From: an uncultured Thermotogae bacterium
Lineage (GTDB): Bacteria; Bipolaricaulota; Bipolaricaulia; RBG-16-55-9; JAJCYT01
Direction of reading: 5' to 3'
Assembly: GCA_964572855.1 (NCBI GenBank)
Contig: CAZNGF010000004.1
Location: forward strand, 3,497 to 67,496
Length of the DNA: 64,000 nt
Each line of letters opens with the position of its first letter. The first letter of the stretch is position 1. The notes beneath the pieces were generated by a model that saw only the letters and a program-made list of their open reading frames with translations, ran no database searches and was not told the origin of the DNA. A program made the translations under genes and the position numbers. This document shows, in pieces, positions 35,678-44,453 of the stretch.

Positions 35678-35917
35678 ATGAACGACCACACCGATTCGGT
35701 CCGCACGCTGGAACTCCACGGTCTCAAGTGCCCGCACACGTTCGTGCGGGCCAAGCTCGCGATGGAGGCTTTGGCAGCGGGCCAGGCGCTGCGCGTGGTC
35801 GTGGACAACCCCCTGTCCAAGGTCGACCTGCCCCGCTCGGCCCGCCAGCACGGCTACGAGGTCCTGAGCGTCGAGGAGGTCGCGGACGGGGCCTGGGCCA
35901 TCACGCTGCGGAAGTAG
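35678..35917 (+). CDS. TusA-like sulfurtransferase (SirA/YedF/YeeD family)
   Basis: 79 aa; LKCPHTFV (CPxP active-site motif). Confidence 0.7.
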   Translation: MNDHTDSVRTLELHGLKCPHTFVRAKLAMEALAAGQALRVVVDNPLSKVDLPRSARQHGYEVLSVEEVADGAWAITLRK

Positions 35918-35926
35918 TACACGGCC

Positions 35927-36005
35927 ACGTTGAAACTTGTAGGGACACCCCCCCCCCGTGGTTGCCCGGCGGGGTAGGCACAGGGGCCTCCCCCTACGTT
36001 GAAAG
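35927..36005. repeat. 59-bp GC-rich element (GTAGGG...CCCCT arms) bracketed by 9-bp direct repeats ACGTTGAAA (MITE-like insertion?)
   Basis: ACGTTGAAAC at ~35927 and ACGTTGAAAG at ~35996. Confidence 0.35.
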
Positions 36006-36095
36006 ATCAATGTGATCCAGTCGTCGTCTAGGCGTTTCACTCCCAGCCCCCGTCCGGTACAGTGGCCCCAACTCCCGTTGACAAAGGCGGTGGCC

Positions 36096-37748
36096 GTGAA
36101 AGCAAGCGACCTGTTGGTGCGGTGTCTGGAGGCCGAGGGGATCGAGGTCGTCTTCGGCGTGCCGGGCGAGGAGAACGCCGACTTCATGATGTCGTTGGAT
36201 CGTTCGGACCAAATCGAGTTCGTGCTCACGCGCCACGAGCAGGGCGCGGCCTTCATGGCCGAGGCCTACGGCCGGCTCACCGGCAACCCGGCCGTCTGCC
36301 TGAGCACGCTGGGGCCCGGCGCGACCAACCTGATCACGGGCGTGGCCGACGCCAACATGGACCGGGCGCCGATGCTCGTGCTCACCGGCCAGGGCGCCTC
36401 GACCCGGCTGCACAAGGAGTCGCACCAGATCATGGACGCCGTCGGGATGTTCCGGCCCGTCACCAAGTGGACGCAATCGATCCGCCACCCCGACAACATC
36501 CCCGAGATCGTCCGCAAGGCCGTGCGGCTGGCGCGCACCGAGAAGCCCGGCGCCTGCCACGTCGAGCTGCCCGAGGACATCGCCAAGCTCGAAACGGACG
36601 CCCAACCGCTCGAGGTGCGCCGCTTCCGCCGTCCCGGCGCCGACGACAAGATCGCCGACCGTGCCTTCGAGCTGATCGAAAACGCCAAGAACCCCGTGAT
36701 CGTGGCCGGCAACGGCTGCATCCGCAAGCGCGCCAGCAAGCAGCTCAGGATCTTCTGCGAGCGCACCGGGATCGGCGTCATCAGCACGTTCATGGCCAAG
36801 GGCGCCGTCGACCGCGACGCGCCCTACTGTTTGTTCACCATCGGGCTGCAGGCCAAGGACTACCCGGCGCTCGCGGTCGAGCAGGCCGATCTGGTCATCA
36901 CGCTGGGCTACGACATGGTGGAGTACCACCCGCGGCTCTGGAACCCCAACGGCGACAAGCGCGTGCTCCACATCGACTTTTTGCCGGCCGAGATCGACGC
37001 GCGCTACCACCCCGAGCTCGAGGTCGTGGGCGACCTGGCGCACGCGCTCTGGGCGCTCAACGAACGCGTGGCGGCGGCCGGGGGGCTGACGTTTGACTTG
37101 ACCAACCAGCGCGACCTGCGCGCGCGCATGCTGGCGGACTTCGCCGCGCACCAGGACGACGACACCGACGGGGCCATCCGCCCGCAGAAAGTGCTGTGGG
37201 ACGTCGGCGAGCTGCTTGAGCCCGGCGACGTGCTGCTCTCGGACGTGGGCGCGCACAAGATGTGGATCGCGCGCTACTACCACCCTTCCGAGCCCAACAC
37301 GTGCCTGATCCCCAACGGCTTCTGCTCGATGGGCTTTGCGCTGCCCGGCGCGGTCGGCGCCAGCTGGGTCGACCCCGACAGGAAGGTGCTGGCGATCTGC
37401 GGCGACGCGGGCTTTCTCATGAACGCCCAGGAGATGGAGACCGCGCGGCGTTTGAATTCGAACCTCACGGTCATGGTCTGGGAGGATTTCTCCTACGGCC
37501 TCATCTCGTGGAAGCAGGACACCGAGTTCGGGCGTCACACCGAGCTCTCCTTCGGCAACCCGGACTGGCTCAAGCTGGCCGAGGCCTTCGGCTGGTCGGG
37601 CCAGCGCGTGACGCGCAGCCGCGAGCTGAAAGGTACGCTGGCCCGCGCACTGGAGCAGCCGGGCCCGAGCCTGGTGGTGCTCCCGATCGACTACCGTGAA
37701 AACGCGCTGCTCACGCAGCGCCTGGGCGAGATCCAGGCGACGATTTAG
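36096..37748 (+). CDS. alsS: acetolactate synthase-like thiamine-diphosphate enzyme (catabolic AlsS type)
   Basis: GTG start at MKASDLL (listed ORF from 36012); strong block similarity to AlsS (RHEQGAAFMAEAYGRLTGNPAVCLSTLGPGATNL, TPP-binding GDAGF...N). Confidence 0.75.
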   Translation: MKASDLLVRCLEAEGIEVVFGVPGEENADFMMSLDRSDQIEFVLTRHEQGAAFMAEAYGRLTGNPAVCLSTLGPGATNLITGVADANMDRAPMLVLTGQGASTRLHKESHQIMDAVGMFRPVTKWTQSIRHPDNIPEIVRKAVRLARTEKPGACHVELPEDIAKLETDAQPLEVRRFRRPGADDKIADRAFELIENAKNPVIVAGNGCIRKRASKQLRIFCERTGIGVISTFMAKGAVDRDAPYCLFTIGLQAKDYPALAVEQADLVITLGYDMVEYHPRLWNPNGDKRVLHIDFLPAEIDARYHPELEVVGDLAHALWALNERVAAAGGLTFDLTNQRDLRARMLADFAAHQDDDTDGAIRPQKVLWDVGELLEPGDVLLSDVGAHKMWIARYYHPSEPNTCLIPNGFCSMGFALPGAVGASWVDPDRKVLAICGDAGFLMNAQEMETARRLNSNLTVMVWEDFSYGLISWKQDTEFGRHTELSFGNPDWLKLAEAFGWSGQRVTRSRELKGTLARALEQPGPSLVVLPIDYRENALLTQRLGEIQATI

Positions 37749-37760
37749 GTTTGAACACAA

Positions 37761-38003
37761 CTAAAGCGTGCGCTCGCAGGCCTGGAGCTCGAACTGCCCC
37801 CGGCCGGCGACGTCAATTGCCGGGATGCAATCATCTACAAAAGGGCCTATAACTTGCTCTTGATCGCCGTTTGAATACCGTCCCAGTGAGAGCGTTATCC
37901 CTTCGTTTGGGAAGGCCAATGTGACAGCTTCAGCCACCTGGGTACTGGCCAAGCGCACGCGCTCGACTTGAAAGTCGTCGACGATGTCAAACGACCTTGG
38001 CAA
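37761..38003 (-). CDS. hypothetical protein (lower-GC island)
   Basis: 80 aa ORF, TTG start, no recognised domain. Confidence 0.25.
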   Translation of the reverse strand: MPRSFDIVDDFQVERVRLASTQVAEAVTLAFPNEGITLSLGRYSNGDQEQVIGPFVDDCIPAIDVAGRGQFELQACERTL

Positions 38004-38015
38004 TCCTCTCCTAAA

Positions 38016-38043
38016 ACCTGGGGAGGCGTGTGCGCCTCCCCAG
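38016..38043. terminator. bidirectional Rho-independent terminator CCTGGGGAGGCG-TGTG-CGCCTCCCCAGG
   Basis: 12-bp perfect stem; T-rich runs on both strands (CCGTTTTCTTGTTG on plus, TTTTAGGAG on minus); 3' of gene 38082-38522. Confidence 0.6.
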
Positions 38044-38081
38044 GCCGTTTTCTTGTTGTGCTGGATTGAGGTTTTGGTCGT

Positions 38082-38522
38082 TTACAATGCAATTTCCAAT
38101 TCCAGGACCAAAGGAATTCCCCAACGCCATCCTTGCAAGGTTCCCTGGGAATCCAAGGATGTTTGAAGCCTGAGCTCGGGGCCGATCCCCGTGAATTTGA
38201 CCTGGGGCAAAATGTTGAGATCGAGTGGTGTCATCCACCCCAAGGCTGCGCCGAACTCATAGCCGGAAACCGCTGAGGAAACGGTGGACAGCTGCAAGGC
38301 CGCGTGCAGTGAAAGGGAACCGTATCCTGGCAACAGGCCCAGCGGCAAATCGAAACGCTCAACCTGTTTCAACCCCAAGGAAAGGGGCGAGGCTGTGTTG
38401 TTACCGGTTGTGATTTCGTAGCCAAACGTTGGCTTGATAATGGGGTCAGCGTTGGCCAAGGCGGTGAATGAACTCCATCCTACCGTCAGTATTGCAACCC
38501 AAATCAAAAGGTTCGTTTTCAT
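38082..38522 (-). CDS. secreted beta-rich hypothetical protein (OMP-like alternating pattern)
   Basis: 146 aa from MKTNLLIWVAI with GAGGAGG SD; signal peptide; GC about 45%. Confidence 0.45.
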   Translation of the reverse strand: MKTNLLIWVAILTVGWSSFTALANADPIIKPTFGYEITTGNNTASPLSLGLKQVERFDLPLGLLPGYGSLSLHAALQLSTVSSAVSGYEFGAALGWMTPLDLNILPQVKFTGIGPELRLQTSLDSQGTLQGWRWGIPLVLELEIAL

Positions 38523-38557
38523 CGATCCTCCTCTCAAGTTGGCGATTGGATTGGCTG

Positions 38558-38758
38558 TCAAAACGAACACTCAAACGAAATGATCGCGAATTCGGTATAG
38601 TTCGCATCCCATCCAGGAAGGATGACGATCTGGCATGTGATCGTTGCAAGTTGCGCAAGCGCCTGAGGCTCTTCGATTTCTGATATGTGTGGACTCAAAA
38701 AGCCGCCTAGGTTGACCAACACCGCGACCAGCGCCAATACGGTTACAATCTTCTTCAT
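38558..38758 (-). CDS. small secreted hypothetical protein (66 aa, two Cys)
   Basis: ATG MKKIVTVLALVAVLV with AAGGATG SD; signal-peptide-like N-terminus; low GC. Confidence 0.35.
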   Translation of the reverse strand: MKKIVTVLALVAVLVNLGGFLSPHISEIEEPQALAQLATITCQIVILPGWDANYTEFAIISFECSF

Positions 38759-39007
38759 TGGCAATGCATCCTTATGAAGTATTTCAAATTACATATTATC
38801 CTCCTTTTAAATCGGGTTTTGTCTCTGCAGTGGCAGCCATGCTATCGCATAGGAGGCGTTCTTGTTGTCACTTCTGTGACAATGCCCCCCCTGCAAGAAA
38901 GGGGTGAATCTCCTGCTCCAGTTTGAGAAGATCGACAATGTGCATTTGTCTCGTTCGACGCTTTACAATGCCCTGACGTTCAAGTCGAGTGTTCCCGTGA
39001 GCCTAAA

Positions 39008-39040
39008 CGACCATCGCCTTTGAGGCGATGGTCGTTTAGT
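39008..39040. terminator. hairpin AAACGACCATCGCC-TTTGA-GGCGATGGTCGTTT 3' of the MFS gene
   Basis: 14-bp perfect stem about 30 nt after stop at 39071. Confidence 0.45.
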
Positions 39041-39070
39041 TGCTGCCATTAAGCGTGATTTTAGTTCTTG

Positions 39071-40390
39071 TTATGCATCGCTGTCGGGTAATTCGTCCTC
39101 AAGCAAGCGCACGCGCGCATTCAGATAGCCAACCAGGGCAATGAGCACGGTGAAAAACCCAAACAGGACAAAGATCAACGCGAATTCCCGCCCTGCTGCT
39201 GGTCCCAGCCATCCCCCCAAAGCGCGTCCCAAGGGCGTTGCCAAAAATGGGCGCAACACCTGGTCAGCAAGCGGGCCGATCAAAACCAGGCCTAAAGGCA
39301 GGGTGAGCTGGGTCAAAAAGCCGCGGGTGGCAAACACCCTGCCTTGCAGCGGGGCGGGCACCTTGGTTTGCCAAAGTGCTCGCGAGCTTCCCGCTTGAAT
39401 CGGGGTCAGCGCGCCCCCAATCGTATAAGCGAGTGCCCAGAGGGCAACGTGACCGCTCAGTCCAAAGAGCACCTGATTCAACAGCCCGATCAGCAACATG
39501 CCCCCTAAGATACCGTGGAGCTTTCTTCGCGGTCCTCCCCAGGTAGACATCATGCCCCCACCAGCGAGCTGGCCCAAGCTGAAGGCACTGAACACCATGC
39601 CCAGGGCCAGCGTATCCCCATCGGTGCGTGCCAAAACCAGCGGGGTGACCAGGCGAGTGGTGACGAACATCGAAGATATTTGGAAGCAGGCAAAAAGCGC
39701 AACCAGATTGCGGAGCCCGGGGCGCTGAAAGATGAACTGCCACCCTGTGGCCAGATCAGACCAATAGGGAAGTCGGCTTGGGGCGTCATCGTTTGCCGGA
39801 GCGGGGATTTTCAGTTTGATCAGGATGAAGGCATTGGTGAGGAAGGTGGCCACATCGATCCACATGACCCCACTTACCCCAATGACGGGAACGAGCAGGC
39901 CCGCCAGGATAGGAGCGCTGATGCTGCCGATGCTCTCCCCAAGCGAGAGCAGGCCGTAAGCGCGCCCATAATGCTGCTTGGGAAGCAGCAAGGTCACGGT
40001 GGCTTGTTCGGCAGGTGCTTGCAGAGTGCTGATGGTGCTGGAGACGGCCAACAACGCATAGATAAGTTCCAGTGTGGCCAACTGTTGCTGAATGAGCAGC
40101 AGGAGGATGCCGGTGACCATAGCTTGGCCCAGGTCCGACCACAGCAACGCCTCTTTGCGGTTGATGCGGTCGACCACCACCCCCGCCAACGGTTTGAGCA
40201 ACACCTTGGGCAAATAGTTGAACAGCATGGACAAGGCCAAAGGGGTGGCTTGACCGGTTTCCTGAAACAGCCAAACACCCAGGGCGAAAGCGGTTAAGCT
40301 CGAGCCAAGCATGGAGATGGTTTGGCCCGAGGTCAACCAGAGGAAGGTGCGATTCCCCGGCGCGCTCAGAAACCGCTTGAACGTTGGCAT
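39071..40390 (-). CDS. MFS transporter (12 TMS; EntS/macrolide-efflux-like)
   Basis: 439 aa, 12 hydrophobic segments, MFS motif (GVVVDRINRK); GC about 57%. Confidence 0.8.
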   Translation of the reverse strand: MPTFKRFLSAPGNRTFLWLTSGQTISMLGSSLTAFALGVWLFQETGQATPLALSMLFNYLPKVLLKPLAGVVVDRINRKEALLWSDLGQAMVTGILLLLIQQQLATLELIYALLAVSSTISTLQAPAEQATVTLLLPKQHYGRAYGLLSLGESIGSISAPILAGLLVPVIGVSGVMWIDVATFLTNAFILIKLKIPAPANDDAPSRLPYWSDLATGWQFIFQRPGLRNLVALFACFQISSMFVTTRLVTPLVLARTDGDTLALGMVFSAFSLGQLAGGGMMSTWGGPRRKLHGILGGMLLIGLLNQVLFGLSGHVALWALAYTIGGALTPIQAGSSRALWQTKVPAPLQGRVFATRGFLTQLTLPLGLVLIGPLADQVLRPFLATPLGRALGGWLGPAAGREFALIFVLFGFFTVLIALVGYLNARVRLLEDELPDSDA

Positions 40391-40438
40391 AAAAAGTTCA
40401 AGCGCCTTACGCTTGTGTGCCTCACGTCGCGATACTTT

Positions 40439-40942
40439 TCAGAGAGAGCGGAGATCCCACAACCTGATCTCGCCCTGGATGCAGGCCTCGGAGTCAGGGG
40501 TGCGTTCTCCGCAGGAGCCAGAGGCCAACAAATTCCCATCAGGGCTGAAAGCTACGGAGAGGATTTCGCCTTTATGGCTGGGGAGGGTACGCACTTCTCT
40601 GCCCGTGGCCGTCTCCCACAGTTTGATGGTCTGGTCACTTGAACCGGAGGCCAGCAGCCGTCCATCGGGGCTGAAGGTCACCGAACGGACAGTATTCATA
40701 TGGCCGGGAAGCGCTTGAATTTCGCTGCCCGTAGCTGTATCCCACAGCTTGATGGTCTGATCCAAAGAACCAGAAGCCAACAGGCGTCCATCGGAACTGA
40801 AGGCCACCGAGCGGACCCAGTCAGTGTGACCAGCAAGGCTACGTGCTGCTTGTGCCCAACTGAAACGGCCCGAGTAGGCTGAAATCAAAAGAAAAACTAA
40901 AACCATGCTCACCGCAACGAGCTTGAAGTTCCTCCTGCACAT
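40439..40942 (-). CDS. WD40-repeat protein, short (3-4 blades) with N-terminal signal/TM segment
   Basis: 167 aa from MCRRNFKLVAV; repeats GH-x-V-x-SVAFSPDG-LLASGS-D-TIKLW. Confidence 0.7.
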   Translation of the reverse strand: MCRRNFKLVAVSMVLVFLLISAYSGRFSWAQAARSLAGHTDWVRSVAFSSDGRLLASGSLDQTIKLWDTATGSEIQALPGHMNTVRSVTFSPDGRLLASGSSDQTIKLWETATGREVRTLPSHKGEILSVAFSPDGNLLASGSCGERTPDSEACIQGEIRLWDLRSL

Positions 40943-40970
40943 GGTTGTTCCTCGCTTTCTTGTCAGTCTA

Positions 40971-41070
40971 ATACACGGTACGGCCACGATGTTTCTTCTG
41001 TGTAGAGGCCCCATTCATGGGATCCGAGAGACACGCCTGTTCTTCGCCAGGTAAGCGTTGTGGGCGGCCA
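40971..41070. repeat. ~100-bp repeated element, copy 1 (about 80% identical to 48304-48400), contains hairpin GGCCCCATTCATGGGATCC
   Basis: direct alignment of both loci; overlaps 3' end of Crp-like ORF. Confidence 0.6.
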
Positions 41071-41680
41071 AGGCGCGTGGCTGCGAGCGCGATGAATCGC
41101 GCCCCCTTGTATATTGGGGCTGAATTGGCTGGCCAAGGAATAAGAGAGGAGGGGATAGACCATCGCGCCCCTTGGTCTTAGAGACCGTGGTGTAGCCGGG
41201 TCGTCCCGTCCTCTCGCCTTGTAAGCTCGCACTGTTACAGCCGAGAACCACTGTGGTCCTGATCTGCACACCTCCGTGTGTTTGAGCGATGACGGCGAGG
41301 AAATCCTGTGGGGTGAAGCGTAACAGCTGGGTCGTCTCCAGCGCCTGGGCGTAGGCGCGACGCGTGGCCTCCTCTAGCAGGGCCGATTTGCCCACGATGT
41401 CGCCGCGGCCGAGCAGCCGGATCATGAACGTGTGGCCAGCCAAGGTAGCATGGGTCAGACACATCCAACCGCGTCGCACGACGTAGACGTCCTGAGAAAG
41501 GTCACCCTGGGCAAACAGCGTCGCTCCCTGGGGGCAGGTTACCTTGGCAGGGGTGAGCCTTTGGTGATTTGACCCCGAGTGCAAAGCGGATTCCAGCAAG
41601 CCCACTTGTCCTCCTTTGGGAGCGTGTGGCGCGCGTTCCGGGGTGCACCGAGCGTTTGCCAAACGGCTTCGGCCAAGCAT
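41015..41680 (-). CDS. Crp/Fnr-like cNMP-binding domain protein lacking the HTH (C-terminus replaced by repeat-derived sequence)
   Basis: cNMP-binding blocks (GDLSQDVYVVRRG, RLLGRGDIVGKSALL, RRAYAQA); no HTH in any downstream frame. Confidence 0.5.
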   Translation of the reverse strand: MLGRSRLANARCTPERAPHAPKGGQVGLLESALHSGSNHQRLTPAKVTCPQGATLFAQGDLSQDVYVVRRGWMCLTHATLAGHTFMIRLLGRGDIVGKSALLEEATRRAYAQALETTQLLRFTPQDFLAVIAQTHGGVQIRTTVVLGCNSASLQGERTGRPGYTTVSKTKGRDGLSPPLLFLGQPIQPQYTRGRDSSRSQPRALAAHNAYLAKNRRVSRIP

Positions 41681-41889
41681 GAAGGCTGTCGAAGCCTAAT
41701 ATCTGCTAGCAACATACAACACCATTCTAGCTGAGCTGTCGGGCTTTCGCCAAGCGGATGTTGTCCCTGCGCGAGTTCGCCCAGCCTCCCTAACAGATCA
41801 GCTTCGAAAACCCGGTTCGGTCAAATGCCGCTTGCAAAGCGTGGGGCAGCCGTTTCAATAGAACGAACCCCCCGCATCCGAGGTGACCC

Positions 41890-43323
41890 ATGCTCCAGCC
41901 ACGCTACCCCTACTACCTGGCCAACGAGCCGCAGCAGCCCAACGAGGATTTAGAGGTTTTCGACAAGTACAGCGGCCAGCGGGCCACACGCGTGGCCCTG
42001 GCCGACGAGGCGGCCATCGACCGGGCGATCGGAAAAGCCGCCGAGGCGGCCGAGCCCATGCGCGCGCTGCCCGCCTACCAGCGCCGGGACGTGCTGAACC
42101 ACTGCGTCCAGAGGTTTGGCGAGCGCTTCGACGAATTGGCCGAGAGCCTGTGCGTCGAGGCCGGCAAGCCCATCAAGGACGCGCGCGGCGAGGTGACCCG
42201 GCTCATCGACACGTTCCGCGTGGCGGCCGAGGAGGCCGTGCGGATCTACGGCGAGGTGCTGCCGCTGGACATCAGCCCGCGCGCCCGAGGCTACACGGGC
42301 ATGTGGAAGCGCGTGCCCGTGGGGCCGTGCTCCTTTATCAGCCCGTTCAACTTCCCGCTCAACCTGGCCGCGCACAAGGTCGCGCCCGCCATCGCGGCCG
42401 GCTGCCCGTTCGTGCTCAAGCCGGCCAGCCTCACGCCGATCGGCGCGCTCATCATCGGCGAGGTGCTGGCCGAAACCGACCTGCCGCCGGGGGCGTTTTC
42501 GATCCTGCCCTGCCGGCGCGACGGGGCCGAGCTGTTCACCACCGACGATCGGCTCAAGCTGCTCAGCTTCACGGGCTCGCCCGAGGTGGGCTGGGCGCTC
42601 AAGGCCAAGGCGGGCAAGAAGAAGGTGGTTTTGGAGCTGGGCGGCAACGCGGCCTGCGTGGTGGACGCCGACGCCGACCTCGACGACGCCGTGGCGCGCA
42701 TCGTCTTCGGCGCGTTCTACCAGTCGGGCCAGAGCTGCATCGGCGTCCAGCGCGTGCTGGTGCACGAATCGATCTACGACGCCTTCAAGGAAAAACTCGT
42801 GTCGGAGACGGAAACGCTCAAGATGGGCGACCCGCACGACGAGGACACCTTCATCGGCCCCATGATCTCCGAAAAGGAGGCCCAGCGGCTCGACGGCTGG
42901 ATTCAGTCCGCCGTGCAGCGCGGCGCCAATTTGCTCTGCGGGGGCAAGCGCGACGGCGCGCTGCTGGCGGCCACGCTGCTGGAGGACGTGCCCAAGGGCG
43001 AGGCCGTCGCCTGCCAGGAGGCGTTCGGACCCGTGGCCGTGTTGTCGCGTTTCAGCGACTTCGACGCCGCGCTCGACGAGGTGAACGACTCGGCTTTCGG
43101 CCTGCAGGCCGGGGTGTTCACGCGCGACCTCTACAAAGCCCAGCGCGCCTGGGATCAGCTGGACGTGGGCGGCGTGATCGTGGGCGACGTGCCGAGCTGG
43201 CGGGTCGATCACATGCCCTACGGCGGCGTGAAGGACTCCGGACTCGGGCGCGAGGGAATTCGCTTTGCGATCGAAGACATGACCGAGGTCCGCCTGCTGG
43301 TCGTGCGCGATCCGGGGGCGTAG
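41890..43323 (+). CDS. NAD(P)-dependent aldehyde dehydrogenase (GapN/lactaldehyde DH-like)
   Basis: 477 aa; catalytic Cys and Glu blocks (ELGGNAACVV, FYQSGQSCIGVQRV), NAD-binding GSPEVG. Confidence 0.9.
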   Translation: MLQPRYPYYLANEPQQPNEDLEVFDKYSGQRATRVALADEAAIDRAIGKAAEAAEPMRALPAYQRRDVLNHCVQRFGERFDELAESLCVEAGKPIKDARGEVTRLIDTFRVAAEEAVRIYGEVLPLDISPRARGYTGMWKRVPVGPCSFISPFNFPLNLAAHKVAPAIAAGCPFVLKPASLTPIGALIIGEVLAETDLPPGAFSILPCRRDGAELFTTDDRLKLLSFTGSPEVGWALKAKAGKKKVVLELGGNAACVVDADADLDDAVARIVFGAFYQSGQSCIGVQRVLVHESIYDAFKEKLVSETETLKMGDPHDEDTFIGPMISEKEAQRLDGWIQSAVQRGANLLCGGKRDGALLAATLLEDVPKGEAVACQEAFGPVAVLSRFSDFDAALDEVNDSAFGLQAGVFTRDLYKAQRAWDQLDVGGVIVGDVPSWRVDHMPYGGVKDSGLGREGIRFAIEDMTEVRLLVVRDPGA

Positions 43324-43429
43324 CATCCTTGGTCATGGGCTTTGGAATCCCTTCTCCTCCTCGCGGGAGAAGGGGCAACGATTGGCGTTGCCCTCAACAA
43401 AGCGTTCGTTTGCACAAGGGGACTAAACC

Positions 43430-44401
43430 ATGAACGATTTCCGCACCGTGCACATCGACTTGCCCACCCCAACCGACGACGACCCGCGCCTGGGGCACCT
43501 GCTGGGGCGCGATCTGGAGGAAGGTGAGACGCCGCGCGCCGTGATCGTGGGCTTTCCGTCCGACGAGGGCGTGCGGCGCAACCGGGGGCGGCCCGGCGCG
43601 GCCGAGGCCCCCGAGGCGATCCGCGCCGCGCTCTACCGGCTCACGCCCGACCCACGCGCCTTCGAGGCGTTTGCCGACTTGCTGGTCCACACGCGCGACC
43701 TGGGCGACTTGGCGCTCACGGGCGAGGTCGAGTGCGACCAGGCCGCGCTGGGCGCGGCGCTGGCGCCCTATCTCGCGCAGGGCTGCACGGCGATCGTGAT
43801 CGGCGGCGGGCACGAGACGGCCTACGGGGCGTTCCTGGGCTACGTCGAGGCCGGCCGGCGCGTCGAGATCCTCAACTGGGACACGCACGCCGACGTGCGC
43901 CCCTTGCGCGACGGGCGGGGGCACTCGGGCTCGCCCTTCCGGCAGGCGCTGGAGCACCCCTCGCACGCCTGCACCCACTACGCCGTGGCCGGCCTGCTGC
44001 CCTACGCGGTCGCGAAGGCGCACCTGGACTACATCGAATCGCACGAGGGGCGCCACATCTGGAACGAGACGCTCTCCTATCAGGCGGTCGACGGGCTCTA
44101 CGGCTCGTTCAAGAACGACCTCATGGTGAGCTTCGACCTCGACGCCGTGGACCAACCGCACGCCCCCGGCGTGAGCGCGCCGGCGGTCGACGGCCTGAGC
44201 GCCGACCTCTGGCTCTACGCGGCGTTCCGCGCCGGGCGGCACGCGGGCGTGCGCTCGATGGACCTGGTCGAGCTCAACCCGCGGCTCGACCGCGACGGCC
44301 AGACCGCGCGGCTGGGCGCGCTCACGGTCTGGTGGTTCTTGAAGGGGCTCTCGGAGCGTGTCGAAGGGGAAGAGCCCGGCGAGCGGCCGCCGGGCTCCTA
44401 A
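43430..44401 (+). CDS. arginase/ureohydrolase family enzyme (formiminoglutamase/agmatinase-like)
   Basis: 323 aa; Mn-ligand blocks (GGGHE, DTHADV, SFDLDAVD). Confidence 0.8.
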   Translation: MNDFRTVHIDLPTPTDDDPRLGHLLGRDLEEGETPRAVIVGFPSDEGVRRNRGRPGAAEAPEAIRAALYRLTPDPRAFEAFADLLVHTRDLGDLALTGEVECDQAALGAALAPYLAQGCTAIVIGGGHETAYGAFLGYVEAGRRVEILNWDTHADVRPLRDGRGHSGSPFRQALEHPSHACTHYAVAGLLPYAVAKAHLDYIESHEGRHIWNETLSYQAVDGLYGSFKNDLMVSFDLDAVDQPHAPGVSAPAVDGLSADLWLYAAFRAGRHAGVRSMDLVELNPRLDRDGQTARLGALTVWWFLKGLSERVEGEEPGERPPGS

Positions 44402-44415
44402 GGCGATCCATGGGG

Positions 44416-44433
44416 TAACAGAACACTGTTATA
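44416..44433. promoter_or_regulatory. palindromic motif TAACAGAACACTGTTATA (copy A; operator/terminator hairpin candidate)
   Basis: 13-bp core AGAACA-C-TGTTAT; second copy inside promoter at 44644-44660. Confidence 0.45.
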
Positions 44434-44453
44434 GAAATGGCGGCGCAAAATTT

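Noticed and set aside
40963-41468. Search for a Crp HTH in ORFs 40963-41271(-) and 41235-41468(-)
   Set aside because: Neither frame encodes a recognisable helix-turn-helix; the Crp-like gene appears genuinely truncated.
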